From positions 102,858,001 to 102,922,000 of the forward strand of contig OZ024743.1 in NCBI GenBank assembly GCA_964016885.1: 64,000 nt of DNA. The letters run 5' to 3'. Every line of letters begins with the position of its first letter. The first letter of the stretch is position 1. The translations under genes were made by a program, and so were the position numbers. This stretch comes from Eledone cirrhosa. Taxonomy: Eukaryota. A model generated the notes under the pieces. That model was not told the DNA's origin. It did not search any database and was given only the letters and a program-made list of their open reading frames with translations. Shown here in pieces: positions 27,506-40,570 of the stretch.

Positions 27506-27691
27506 TGTTTCTACTTTTGGCACAAGGCCAGCAATTATCCCAGTGTATTACTGGTACTTTATTTTATCAACCCCGTAAGGATGAAAGGCAAAGTTAACCT
27601 CGGCGAGATTTGAACTCAGTCCGTAAAGGGACGTAACTGTGCTGCAAAGCATGGCGCCCGACCCTCTACCGATACTGCCAATTCACCACCC
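27501..27691 (-). mobile_element. Young Meta-domain SINE (short subfamily) inserted in (TAA)n
   Basis: Near-identical to the 25486 copy, with (TAA)n on both sides. Confidence 0.93.
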
Positions 27692-28249
27692 TTATAATAA
27701 TAATAATAATAATAATAATAATGTTTAGAATTCTGAAACTAATTATAAGTTCTTTGAATTGAGTTAGATAATTTCATATTTCATGAATATTTTATAAATT
27801 TTTGACTACAGTTAATTCCAATTCTAATGAATATTTGACCTCCATCAGTGTATCAGAATTATTTAGGCAATACTTTGATTTCAATATTTAAATCATTTTC
27901 AGTGTTTTAATGCAAAGATGATTAATTTAGCCTAATGTTAACAATAACCATTGATGTTAACTACACCAGTAAAACAAACTACAAATCAAGCTAGTATTTC
28001 TTCCTAATATGATAACTTCTCATATTATATCTATGGAACAATTTCAAAAACCTTTCTCTGATTAATCTAGAACACTGGCACAGTAATAAAATAATTTAAG
28101 CTAGAATCAATTTCTCTTATTTGTACTTAGACATTCTCGTTCGTATTGAAACTTTGACAGGATCAAACTCCTTTCTACTCAATCAACAAAGTGTTATTAC
28201 AAGCCTATCACCATATGTATTTTGATGTTGCTCCTTTCTGATATTTCAG

Positions 28250-28264
28250 GCGTTCCAGTTCCAG
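28250..28264 (+). CDS. Predicted 15-nt symmetric (phase 2-2) microexon adding RSSSR
   Basis: ttgctcctttctgatatttcAG|GCGTTCCAGTTCCAG|GTAGGT. It joins in frame: TG|G CGT TCC AGT TCC AG|G ATG. Confidence 0.55.
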
Positions 28265-29548
28265 GTAGGTCTTCTTGAAGTCAATTGATTCAGCACAAAT
28301 GCTTGTGTCTTGTGTCTTTTGAGAGATACTGTTACCAAGCATGGCAAACAAATTTTGCTTTTACAAAAACTAACATGTACTAATAAACAAAATATAGCAT
28401 ATTCTTTAAACTGTGGTCATAACAAATTGTGTTCTGATGGGATTTCTAACACCACGAAAAGAAACCCTTTGAAAATCTCATTAAACCATAAGCAGGACCA
28501 AGAAATATGGCAGCAGGGGAGGGAAATGCTATCTTATCTTTTTGATGTTACCCTAATATTCTCCTACCATTCTCTTTTTTTAACTGTTGTTCTATGATTC
28601 ACCTCATATTTCATTGTCAAAATGTTTACCCCAGTTATATTTAACCCTACCTTGTCATTGTTTCTACTATTGTTAACTTCACGCAATCGTTATTCTTATT
28701 ATTATCATTATTTTTGTTATTTATCATTATTTTTTTATTATTATCATAATTATTATTGTTATTATTATCAACATTATTTACAGGTTGATTTATCAAGTTT
28801 ACAATTGCTTTATATTTTTTATAATTTATTTAAGAATGTGGTTGACATTATTTGAATGGCTATTTACCATTGACCTCATAAAACTGTTGACCTTATTCAA
28901 TTATTATCAGCTACAGCTGATCCATTCTTTTTCCCCATTTTGTTTTAAATTTGCATATGCTATGATAAAGTTTTATCAGATCTGTAAGCCTCTATTGCTA
29001 TTTAGTTCAAGTCACCTCAACATTTAAAGTTACATATATATGAATCAAATGATAGCTGGGTTGGCAAGTAAAAGATCAGTGGTCAAATGCTCTGTTGTAC
29101 CCAGTGCAATCTTTCTGTGGCTAAAACATCTAACTGCCTGCAGCTCAGTCCACAAGATGAGGGTATATATATCACTTTATGTAGAGGTGTATAGTAAAAT
29201 TGGCAAGTATTTCTGCAGTTTGTACTACAGTGTTCAGAATCTTCCAGGAATATAACTTTGAGATTCATGGACCAGTCAGTACGATTATATTTAGACTAGT
29301 CATTAATTAGCTTTAAATGCAATTCAATGCTTCATTGTCTTACCTGGCTGATTCAACCATTTCATTATCATATTTGTAATGAAAGACATGGCCTATGGTT
29401 TACAAATCTTTTGGAAAATAATCAAGCATTTGAAAAGATTTAATAACATAACTGACTGCTTCATTAATAAGCTGATGATTGGAACATAACTTAACAAAGG
29501 TTCTTCCATAAATCATGGGGAAAAGATGTTTAGATAAATATAAACACA

Positions 29549-29774
29549 TTAACCCTTTTATTACCATATTTCTAATGAAAGACAATGCCTCTGATTTTTG
29601 AAATAATTTTGAAACCAATCAACAATTAGGAGGGATTTAATAACAACAATTTTCATATTATTAAGCTAAAGTTTGGAACATAGCTTAACAAAAGTCTTAT
29701 TTAGATAAATGCACTTTAAAATAAAAATCTATTTATCATAAAAGCAGGTATGGTTTTCCACCAAAAAGGGTTAA
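29549..29774. mobile_element. Second TTAA-flanked MITE family
   Basis: TTAA-CCCTTTT...AAAAGGG-TTAA. Related partial copies lie at ~29400-29540 and ~54190-54560. Confidence 0.75.
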
Positions 29775-32520
29775 TAGGTTATTAACTCAGAAGTATGATG
29801 GTTTGAACCTCTTCTTCAGTTGTACAATGATTTCCTAATAAAAGATATTAAGTATTCAACAGTTCAGTCCTCTAGGTTATACCTGTCTCCACTGGATTGG
29901 ATTGTCATTTGGAGCTACTTCTCTTACACCAAAGATGATATTAAGAAAGCTATAAATGCCATACACTAGAATTTGTGTGATATTGGGATCCTATGCAGGC
30001 ATTGTTTTACAGCCAGATGCCTTTCCTGGTGCCAATTCTTATATAGTTTCTCTAATGTTGTTTAATATCATATTGACTCAGTGAAATAACTGATTGTATA
30101 CAGTATTGTAGTACTATCATATAGATATTGAGTTGACACGAACTACACAGTTAAAACAATTAATTTTGTAACTCTAGTTACTTAGATATCAAACAACTAT
30201 CAAATCCTTTTGAAATTTTACTTGCCATACATCATTAAAGGGAAGATTTATCTCTGAGGTGTTTAATGTTATAAAACCAAATCTAACATTCAGCTCTTTA
30301 AACCTTCTAAACAAGATTAGAATTGCTTAATTCATTTAACATTTTATAGGTGTGCTTTGTATTGAGTTTACAAATTGAAATTATTTTTGTGATTTTTTTA
30401 AAACTCTTATTTGAGCCTTAATTCTTCCCAACAATATGGCTACCCTGCCAAGCTATTGTCATTTGTATTGGTGTGCTTTTTATTCTGAAAATGCCAGAAA
30501 ATCTAAAAATACAATTACAGTTGCTTGAGCTATTTAAAATCTCTATAATACCTGTCCAAAGTTGTGCAATGGAAATGTAAAAGAGTCTGTGTTCATGTGT
30601 GTTCTTCATGTCTTGTAATTTATACATGTAAAATATTCAATATTTGTAATTGCTACAATTTAAACACATCACTGAAGAGATTTCAAAACACAAGGTTAGT
30701 TGATAGGAAGTATCTTACTAAAGACCTTACAGCTAAACAGAGATGAGTTTTGATGATACTTGAACTTCATATGACTAAATAAAGATGAGTGTTTGCATTT
30801 AAAAAATTAGTTTAAAACTGTTTTATTAACATTGAATAAATAAACATTATTGTTATGAAATTTAGCTTAGCAGTTTCAATAAACATTTTTTTTTATTAAA
30901 AAGTTGATTCTATTACCAAAAACACATTTCCAAAAAATTCCCAAAGTCATTGAAATACATAAAAATGATTTTTCCTTTAATTTTTCCATCTAAAATATTC
31001 AGATCAATCAAATATCTATAAATATCCGATTTCTGCTGAAAATTTAGATATTGGCTTTTTATATCTTTTTCATATTGTTTGCCAACCTCTTTTTATTTCT
31101 CATTCACTCTTTCTGTCTTTCCTTCAATATCCCATTCTCTCTCTCCTTCTTTTTCTCTCTGTTTATCTCTACTTTTTCTCTATATATTTCTCTCTATCTA
31201 TCTTTCTGTTTATATTCCTTCCCCTCTATATAATATTTTACTACTTATCTCTCTCTCTTTCATCTCTCTCTACTTATCTTTATATGTATTTCTATCAATA
31301 TTTGCCAACTGTGTTCAGAGTTCCAGTTAAATAACATATTTCAAGAACTCCCAAAATGCGATCAATATAAAGAAAATCATTTTTTAGCAAACTTAAAATA
31401 TTATATATATTTTTAAAGCAGTATTTTGATATACATGTAGTGATACATTTACATTCTCTGGTCAATTTATTAGGTAAATCCAATACCTAATAAATTGGAT
31501 ATTTTACATGCTACTTCAAGTAGCCAGTTTATTATATATATTTAATATCTTTTATATTGTCAATATTATTCATCATCATTAACATCTTTCTCATCATCAT
31601 CATCATAGTTATCATCATCATCTTCATCTTCACCATTCTACCACCATCAGCACCACTACTGCCACTGGCCCCATCAATGTCATCATAATTTGTTTTTCCA
31701 AGTAGGTATAGATTAGATGGATTTCACAAAATTTCAGGCTCTTTTGCTGTCATCTGGCACACGCAACAGCCAAGATAGGAACCTTTTTATAGTTGTATAG
31801 CCTGCTAGAAATAGCAGGCATATTTCTTCAAGACATACTACCACCATCTTAAAGGAAGAGGGACACACTGGCCAATACAGTTCTAGATATACAAAAAATA
31901 CAAGATGGTCATGGCTAAAATACTTTTGGTTATAGGTTTGCTATGAGTCATTCTAGGATAAATAATAACCATGATAATTTTTGTTGATGTGTATACTATG
32001 TAATTTTGTAATGTTTTTTATTTTAACTCTTAACGATCTCTAATGATTCAGTAGATAATGTATAAAAGAGGGTTTGTTAATTCAAATATATAAAATATCT
32101 TTATTAGTTAATAAATTTTCATGAAAATTCGAAGCAAACTAAAGTAAAAACTATAATTATTCATATGATGCAGACATGGTTTTGATTTATAATTACAGTA
32201 GGTTAAATATTAAAGCTAATTAATTACAACCTGTTATATGACTCATTTTTTTAGAACATTTTGCAGTAAATTCTACTCTCAGCCCACACTGTAAAGTGCT
32301 TGTGGTGGTGGTATGCAAAAAGCACCCAGTCTACCTTGTAATGTGATAGTGGTGGTGCCATGAAAAGGTTAACCCAGTTCATGCCATGATGTTATTAGTG
32401 TTAGAAAAGGTAACCAGCTGTAGAAACCCTGCCAAAATGGAACATCTAGCCTCATGGTAACCCATCTAACCCATTCAAGTATGGAAAATAGACATAAAAT
32501 GGTGATGGTGATAATGATAT

Positions 32521-32561
<41 letters not shown>

Positions 32562-33251
32562 GTGGTGATGGTGCTAGAGTACTTTAGTATTTTGTATGCC
32601 CTCTCTATTGCTAACTATGTTATAGACATTCAGAAGCTGAATGTTTTAAATTGAATATTTTAAATGCCACCTCTAGTGAAGGAATAAAAAGAATGAGTGA
32701 TATTATATATAGAATGATACAGCTTCTTAAATTTAGAGACAGAAGAACTGAAATATAGCTTTAAAGAAATGAGAAAAGTATTGTTCATTTTGAATAAAAG
32801 AATAGACACTACTTATGCATTGATTTGAATATCAAGAAGTAGAAGTTACAGTGACAAGTGTGTCATACAGTGCTTGTAATAGACAGTAATAAAACATTTA
32901 GAATGGCATTCCACTATCTCTGTCTATTTATATTTATTAATTTACGTTCATATAATGATAAAGAAGGCTTTGTCACACTCATGTGTGTTACAAGACATTG
33001 ATGCCATGTGAAGTGTCAGTGATAAGGATTCTCTGAGATGGACAATACAAGAAAGTGAACTAGAAGCCTTGAAATATGTGTTTGTGTGGTTAGATAGATG
33101 AATATATAAATATATGAATATATGCATCATATATATATGTATATATTTACATATATGTGTATGTGTAAAATGTAAACAGAAATAACAAAACAAACAACAC
33201 AGTATAGTGAAGAAATATATTAATTTAACGATTGAAATAACAAGAAAAAAG

Positions 33252-33287
33252 TCTTAACATTTCGGACAGTAGTCCTTCGTCAGAAGA
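33252..33287 (-). ncRNA. Minimal type I hammerhead ribozyme motif (Penelope/retrozyme type)
   Basis: Minus strand: TCTT-CTGACGA-A-GGAC-TACT-GTCC-GAAA-TGT-T-AAGA. Stems I and II pair perfectly, and stem III is reduced to A(T/C)GT as in dimer-requiring minimal hammerheads. Confidence 0.75.
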
Positions 33288-33855
33288 TAGAGTTAGATAA
33301 AAAGATAAAATAGAAAGTTATAGAGTAAGAAGTGGAACGAATAGAGAAAGAAAATGAGAAAAAGGAGAAAAACACACGTGTGTATACAATCAGCCATTTG
33401 GGAGATTTATGGATATATATATATACAAGTTATTAAAGGAAAAATGAGTTCACTTTTGATTAGTGAGAAATACAAGATATTATAGGGCTTGAAGTCAGCC
33501 ACCAGATATCTGAACAGTAAAACTGAGGTGTTACAAAAATGCCCAAATATGAACACATACCAGCTTGCAGCATTGGTCTGCACTATCACAAACCTACAAC
33601 TACCTTAAATACTACAGCAGGATACATATAGTCACATACAAATGCACACACACAATATTTATCTCATACAAACATTGAAAAATTACATTATGATTAATAA
33701 CCAATTTCTCAGTAATATCACAATCTCATAAAAACCTTAGAGAAATTCACACAAAAATATGCTTTTTGTTCAGCACCTCAGAGTCACTCTTTCTCTATAT
33801 ATGTGTGTGTGTGTGTGTGTGTGCATTCTCTCTCTGTCTGTATATATAAATATGT

Positions 33856-33898
<43 letters not shown>

Positions 33899-33902
<4 letters not shown>

Positions 33903-34098
33903 AGGGACTGAGGTCCCTATCATTCCACTGCAAAGTGGTCGTGGAGGTGCCACGGCAAAAAAGCACCCAGCACTCACTGTAAATGAGGTTGGTGTTAGGA
34001 AGGGCATCCAGCTGTAGAAATCAAGCCAGAATCAGTTCCCGTCCCACCCTTGCTAGCAAGGAAAAGTGGACGTAAAATGATGATGATGATGATGATGA
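33899..34098 (+). mobile_element. 3' half of composite SINE (V-like domain + RTE-A tail)
   Basis: Matches 45490-45696 and ends in ggacgtaaaa(tga)n. Confidence 0.9.
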
Positions 34099-34188
34099 TA
34101 TATAATTATATTTTAGTAAAAACTTGGTAAAAATATGCAATGGGGCAGAGCACTCAGTCCATGGGTCAAGTTATGATGTACAATAAAA

Positions 34189-34460
34189 TTAAAATACTAC
34201 AACGATTGCATAACATGAATATGCATGTTCCATTAGCTTGTTAAGTAATGCCAAATTCTCATTTTGCCATGTTGAGGAGTTATTTGATTGCATAATGTAA
34301 ATACGCACATTTCATTAGCTTGTTATGTAATGCAACATTCTAAATTCACCAAGTTATTGAGGAGTTACTCCTCAATAATGTAACTAATTGAGAGTTTAGC
34401 ATACCTAACATGCTAATGAAACACACACATTCACATTAAGCAATTGTTGTAGTATTTTAA
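34189..34460. repeat. Fold-back element: two direct ~80-bp units plus one inverted unit
   Basis: Ends ttaaaatactacaacgattgc / gcaattgttgtagtattttaa, with a central palindrome attgaggag-tta-ctcctcaat. Confidence 0.75.
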
Positions 34461-34555
34461 TATAGATATATATATAGATATTGCAATGGTAAAAATATAA
34501 ATGGGAAACTGAAAGTAGTGCTATCTTGAAATTTGTGTGCATCTGCTGTAAACTA

Positions 34556-34908
34556 ATCATCATCATCATCATTTTACGTCCGCTTTTCCCTGCTTTCAAG
34601 GGTGGGACGGGAACTGAGTGCTGGGTGCTTTTTTTCCATGGCGCCTTCACGTCCACTTTATAGTGTGGGCTGAGTGCTTTTTTTTTCTGTGGCACCTCCA
34701 CGACCACTTTGCACTGGAATAATAGGGACCCCAAATGAGATGATAGGGACTGGGGTCCCTATCATCTCATTTCTACAGCTGAGTAAACTGGAGCAATGTG
34801 AAATGAAGTGTCTTGCTCAAGGAAACAACACATCACCCGGTCTGAGAATGGAACTCACAACCTTTCGATTGCAAGCCCAATGCTCTAACCACTAAGCCAT
34901 GTGCCTCC
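34556..34908 (-). mobile_element. Composite tRNA/CORE-like/RTE-tail SINE
   Basis: Head is near-identical to 45349-45490, and the tail is shared with the RTE-A 3' end. Confidence 0.9.
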
Positions 34909-35588
34909 ATAATATTGAAGTTTTATATTCTGACCAGTATTTTGCCTTAAAATTTTCACTTGGCCATCTTTCACATTCTCATAATATGAGATGAATTGAA
35001 AGCATATATAAGAATAGTTTTAAAGCTAATTAAATCATGAAATTTACTGTGAAATTGAAAGATACATAAATACCTCAGGTTTATTTGAGGTATATATAAC
35101 ACATATGGTATATATTTTACTGATATATTCATTAAATTTACATACAGTAATCAGATATATGAAGGCAGCAAATCAGCCGAACCCTTACAATGTCAGATAA
35201 AATGTTTTGTGCCCTTCATTCCAGGTCACAGTTCTCTGAGTTCAAATCCAGCAAATTTGCCTTTCATTCTTTCAAGGTCGATAAAAAAAAGATTTCAGTT
35301 GAATACTAGGGTTAATTCTTCCTCTATATCTTTCTCTTACTTCTTCTCTTGAAAAAAAACAACTGTGTTCAGACATGAATAGGAGATCGATTGCACCAGG
35401 TCTAAAATGACCAATGTCACTCGGCACCCCTATGACTGCAGCAGAAGTCATGGGTTCATATATTCAAATGAATTCATAGATTCATACATTCAAATGTATA
35501 TACACATATAATTTACAGAGTAAAAATATGATAACATAATCAGCTTTAATTAAAAGGAGCATGTACCTACAAGAGTTATGGGTCCATA

Positions 35589-36410
35589 CATCATCATCAT
35601 CATCATCATTTTTACGTCCGCTTTTCCCTGCTTGCAAGGGTGGGACGGGTCTTATTCAGCACAGTATCTCTCCACTTGTCATGGTCCTTCATCTTCTCCA
35701 CCATGAGCTTCAGTGATCTGAGATCTGTTCTCACCACTTCCGCCTATGTTTTTTGTGGTCTACCTCTACCACGTCTTCCTTCAACGGCCATTTCCTGGCA
35801 CTTCTTCACCCATTGATCATCCTCCATGTGCATCACATGTCCATACCACCGCAGTCTCCTCTCTCGCACACTACATTCTATCCCTCTCAGACACAGTTTC
35901 TCTCGCAACACATCCATGCTGGGTCGTTCACGCACATTGACATTGCATATCCAACAGAGCATGCTTGCCTCATTTCTCTCCAGCCATCGCATATCCTCTG
36001 CAGTTGCTGCCAAGTTTCACTACCATGCAGCATTGCGCTCCTCACACAGGCATCATATAACTGGCCTTTCGTATGCAGGGAGAAACCCTTCTTTGTCAGC
36101 AGAGGAAGCAGCTCCCTAAACTTCTTCCAATCTGTCCTTTTTCTAGATACTATGGCCTCAGAAACCCCCTCCCATGCTAATCTGAGCTCCTAGGTACCGG
36201 AAGCTATCCACCACTTCTATAGCACCCGCCTGCATTTCAAAAATGTGTATCAATGCAACTTCTATTGTCTAATTTCCCTGTACATCTACTGCATACGTAT
36301 TTCTCCCTACCTGTTAGTTTGCCTGCTATACCACTACATCTCTTGTGTACCCAGGATCTGCATTGTATGCATTTTATAGAATTTATGCCAGTTCCTTTTC
36401 TGCATATTAT
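35589..36410 (-). mobile_element. Second, shorter 3' fragment of RTE LINE family A
   Basis: Homologous to 16437-17250: LERNEASMLCWIC, RRLRWYGHV, GRRGRGRPQKT and the same 3' UTR/(ATG)n tail. Confidence 0.93.
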
Positions 36411-38127
36411 ATCAGTACCTATTCTGTCAGCACTAAATGATTAAATGGCAAAGATGACTTTGGTAGGATTTGAATGTAAAATCTAACAATTGAAAATAAA
36501 CAATTTTCTCTTTCTAGTAAATCCAACCCTCATCCCATATCAAAGTAGTAAATATTAATTAACACAGGTATAAAAAAAAGAAAAAGATTATAAACATAGA
36601 TAATGCTTTCAATAATTATTCTCTGCAATTGGTCTGAGAAACATGTGAGATATTTTCAAAGTAAACTACAGACGTGAACATTGTTATAGAAGATATCAAA
36701 TACCTTGCTGCGAAATATGAAAAGCCACACACAAAGAAAATCAATACAGCAAATACTTTATATTTCCTATTAATAGTGGTCATTACATCATTCCTGAATT
36801 TTCAAATAAGTTGTTTTAGTGTTGTGATGTTTTTCTTAAGCTAGAGGCCAATTTATTTAATACTCTCAGTACATAATAACTCTCTTAATGCTGTTGTATA
36901 GCAACCACCTCACCTCTGCCAATGCTGATAAACCAGATCTATGATCAACGTCTTTCTAGCTATAGCTATATTTTATGGCTATCAAAAACTACATTATTAA
37001 AACTACTATTTCTAGCAAGTAAGATACCATGTATAGTGTATTTCATTGGCTTGATTGATAAATGAATTATTTTATGGAGCATTATCACCATAATCGCAAC
37101 CGTCTCATTCTCTTCATTACCATCATTTTTATGTTCACTTTATGTTTCCCGACTGATGTAAATGACTCAGTAACACAAAAGTGATTTTGCATTTATAGAA
37201 ATAGAAAGTTTCAATCAAATATAAATTTAAATATGTGATAAATTTCATTACATATTTGGAAATTATGTTAATGAATAAATCTAACTGCCCTTTGTTCATT
37301 TTCTATCCCTAGTGAGTGACAATAAGCATCATCATCATCATCATTGTTTAGCACCCATTTTCCACTCTAGCATGGGTATTCAATGAAATTTACCCTAGCA
37401 TTTGACTTATTATATTAACGTTGTTAGAATAAAACAAAACCTCAATGCTTTTCTTTTAACTGTTTAGTCAGAGAAGAAAGAGCTGTGTCCATGATATTTT
37501 TTACTTTTTCAATTCTTCTGTTAGGAAAGTATCCTCAAAGAGGAAACCTAACCAAAATATTTGCAACAGAATGGACTCCACTAAAGGTACACAAATCTTA
37601 AGTTGGTTGTGTTAAATTGGGTGATGCATTACATCTAGTCTAGTAGTCAAATAGACCAAACAGGATCTGAACACAGAACACACATTTTCAGGCATAGAAA
37701 CGTTGTCAAAGAGTCAGGAGGAGTCTTTAGCTCTGTCAAAGACACGACAGCCACCCTAGTGTTTTAACACTCCAGTAAAGATCTCAAGGAATAACATTAC
37801 TTTTCGTTTCATTTCATATTACAATATTTACTTAATAGAGGGCATAGAAATGTGGGAATGCATCTGTTATGCCTTTCCTTAAAATGAAATAGATCCAATT
37901 TGAAATTGAAACTAAAAAATATTTATACTTCTACAAACATAGTTGAACCCATCCTCTTCCCCACCAAATTCCTAAAAACAACAAAGATGAAATCTGCATG
38001 TGCAATGATGATAGAGATAATGATAATGTGTGTTTAGTAAAATTATTTTAAGATTTGAGTCTTTATTATTGATACAATAATCAATCCTCAAATTAATGTT
38101 AATTTAATTTAAAAGCAAGATAAGATA

Positions 38128-39341
38128 CAAGAAAAGTGCATAGGCTCACCAGATACTCTCATGGAATGTAACCAAATTCAGTTTATTTTTCAACATAGTC
38201 CCTCTTGCGGTCCACACATTTCTTCCATTGGTGATGCAGTGCATGAATCCCATTGGTGAAAATTTCATCCTGTTGGTCAAAAAGGTCATCAACAGCAGGT
38301 ATGACATCATCAACACTGTGATACTGGTCCTAAGTGCTTTTTCATGATAGCAAGAGGAGGCCAAATCAGGAGAATAGGGAGAATGAACAACCAGTTCAAA
38401 GCCACAGTCATGCGCAGCAGCCATTGAAGCCAAGAACGTGTGTCCTGAAGCATTGTCCTGCTGAAGGAAGACTCCTGTCATCAGTTGACCTGGAAGTTCG
38501 GTTGTTTTGATAGCCTTTCATAACTGCCTCAGCAAGTTGGTATACTTTTCTTTATTGATGGTTGTGACCCATTTGAAGATAATCAATAAACAATACCTTT
38601 TGCATCCCAAAAAAATGAGGCCACCACCTTCCCTGCAGATGAAACGTCTTTGGCCTTCTTTGGAGCAAATGAGGAGGAGTGTTTCCATTGCATCGATTGT
38701 CTCCTTGTCTCTGGCTCAAAGTGATGAACCCAATACTCATCCGAGGTTAGGAAACGTTCAAGGAAACCAGCTGAATCTGCCTCAATCAATGTCAGATTTT
38801 CCCATGATGTGATCAACTTGGTGCACTTTTGATCAGATGTCAGAAGATGTGGCACCCACTAAGCAGAAAACTCATGCCAAGTTCATTGTGCAGAATATTC
38901 TCAACTTTCTCTCAGGGTATGCTAATAGCATGTCATCCATCCCCATGTGGTGAACCTGATCAATGTTTTCCTCTGTAGTGGCAGTTGCAGAATTCCAGAT
39001 CTTGAGTCATCTTCAAGACTCTCTTCCTCTCATAAGTTCATCTACCCCTTTTTGCACTGTTGATAAAGCTAGAGCCTCATCCCTTAATGTAGCAACCATG
39101 CCATGTCCTTGGGTGCTAAACCCTTCTTCTGCAGGTACTTGATAACACTTTGATGCAAATGTTGTCCATTTGCAAGAAAAGTCACTTCTGGTTACTTCTT
39201 TGAACAGTTAGATGTAAGTTTACCTGCAAGAAAACAATGCAGTAATTAATAAAAAGAGTTGAAATTAATGCATGCAAGATTTCACAGCTCTAACATCACT
39301 TCTTTATAGCCAAATTATGAACTTTTCAGCCCACCCTCATA
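38128..39341 (-). mobile_element. Decayed mariner (Tc1/mariner) DNA transposon
   Basis: Transposase motifs WVPHLL, LTSDEYWV, SAGKVVASFFWD, QQDNA and YSPDLA lie in shifted frames. The right end reads TA-TGAGGGTGGGCTGAAAAGTTCATA on the minus strand, and the left end is partly deleted (gaaaagtgcata). Confidence 0.9.
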
Positions 39342-40449
39342 TTCAATCAGCTTCATTAAACCAATAATAATTATTTATCCATCATTGAGGAGATTCTAAA
39401 AAATATAAAATTGAGGCTGGATTTGAAACCGGACACAAAAGGAGTCAAAATAAATAATCTAATTCATCGTATCTGACATTCTGCAGGTTTAAACCTAACA
39501 TCCTACTTTATGATATTGCAGTTGTGGGTGTATTAGTCTGTATTTTCATCATCGTACATACAGAAGTGATCACTGCCTGAAAACTTTCATACTCTTCAGT
39601 TATTAGTGTTCAATTTAATACAGAAATTGTCTTTCAACTTTGAATACTGACATAATACTGAAAGAAATATAATTAACTATAACCTTCTCCTGGAAATGTG
39701 TATATTTGTGATTATGTTAGAAAATGTTATTTGGAGTGTGTCTCTGTAGATTTCATTTTCTAATTGCTCAAATAATTGATTTAATGAACTGTCCCCCTTC
39801 CAAAATTTTGTGACCTTGCACCAATGTTAAATATCAGTATTTACAAATATGTTCTTTAAAGAATTATAACTAACTAATAAGAAATTAATTGGATATAATT
39901 GATTAGTTACTTTAATTTATATTTTCTTGAGAAAATTTGTTTTATAAATATATTTACTTGATAAATTTCTTTAATTCTTACTTCAAGCATTCTTTTAGCT
40001 ATTTAGCTTTTGAGAAAGTCAGACACAGACTCAGATGTAATCACTAAAAATGTTTGATGCTATTCTTGTAGTTTAGTTCCCGGTCATCCAAGGTCCAGCA
40101 GCTGATGATCAAAGCCATTTTTGTCATGATCAAACCATTTTTGGAAAAATGGTTTACTTCAAACTACTTAATCAATATATACTTCTATTTTCTTTAAAAA
40201 AAGATTGCAGGGTAGAGGTTTGGCAAGCTTTCTATGCCTGGATATCAAACACTGTAGAGGTTGTCATGTCTTTACCACAGTTGAACTGTCTTCCCAATCC
40301 TCTATTTGGCAAGATATGTTTTGCAGTATTTATTCTGAATATTTGTGTTATGAGTTCAAATCCTGTTTAGGCTACATGACTACTCTGTCACTTGAGCAGA
40401 AAAAGAAAGATTCAATAGAATGTGCTTCTCTGAAATATGGAGAGCCCAA

Positions 40450-40570
40450 AGTGGATAGGACGAATTAAATAGGACATAGTGGGTAGAACAAACTGGATAG
40501 GACAAATTGGATATGATATAGAGGTTAGGACAATTTGGACAGGACAAAATAGGTAGGCCAAATATGGAAT
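40450..40570. repeat. Degenerate ~20-bp tandem repeat (ggataggacaaattggatat-like)
   Basis: Recurrent gga.aggacaaa units. Confidence 0.5.
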
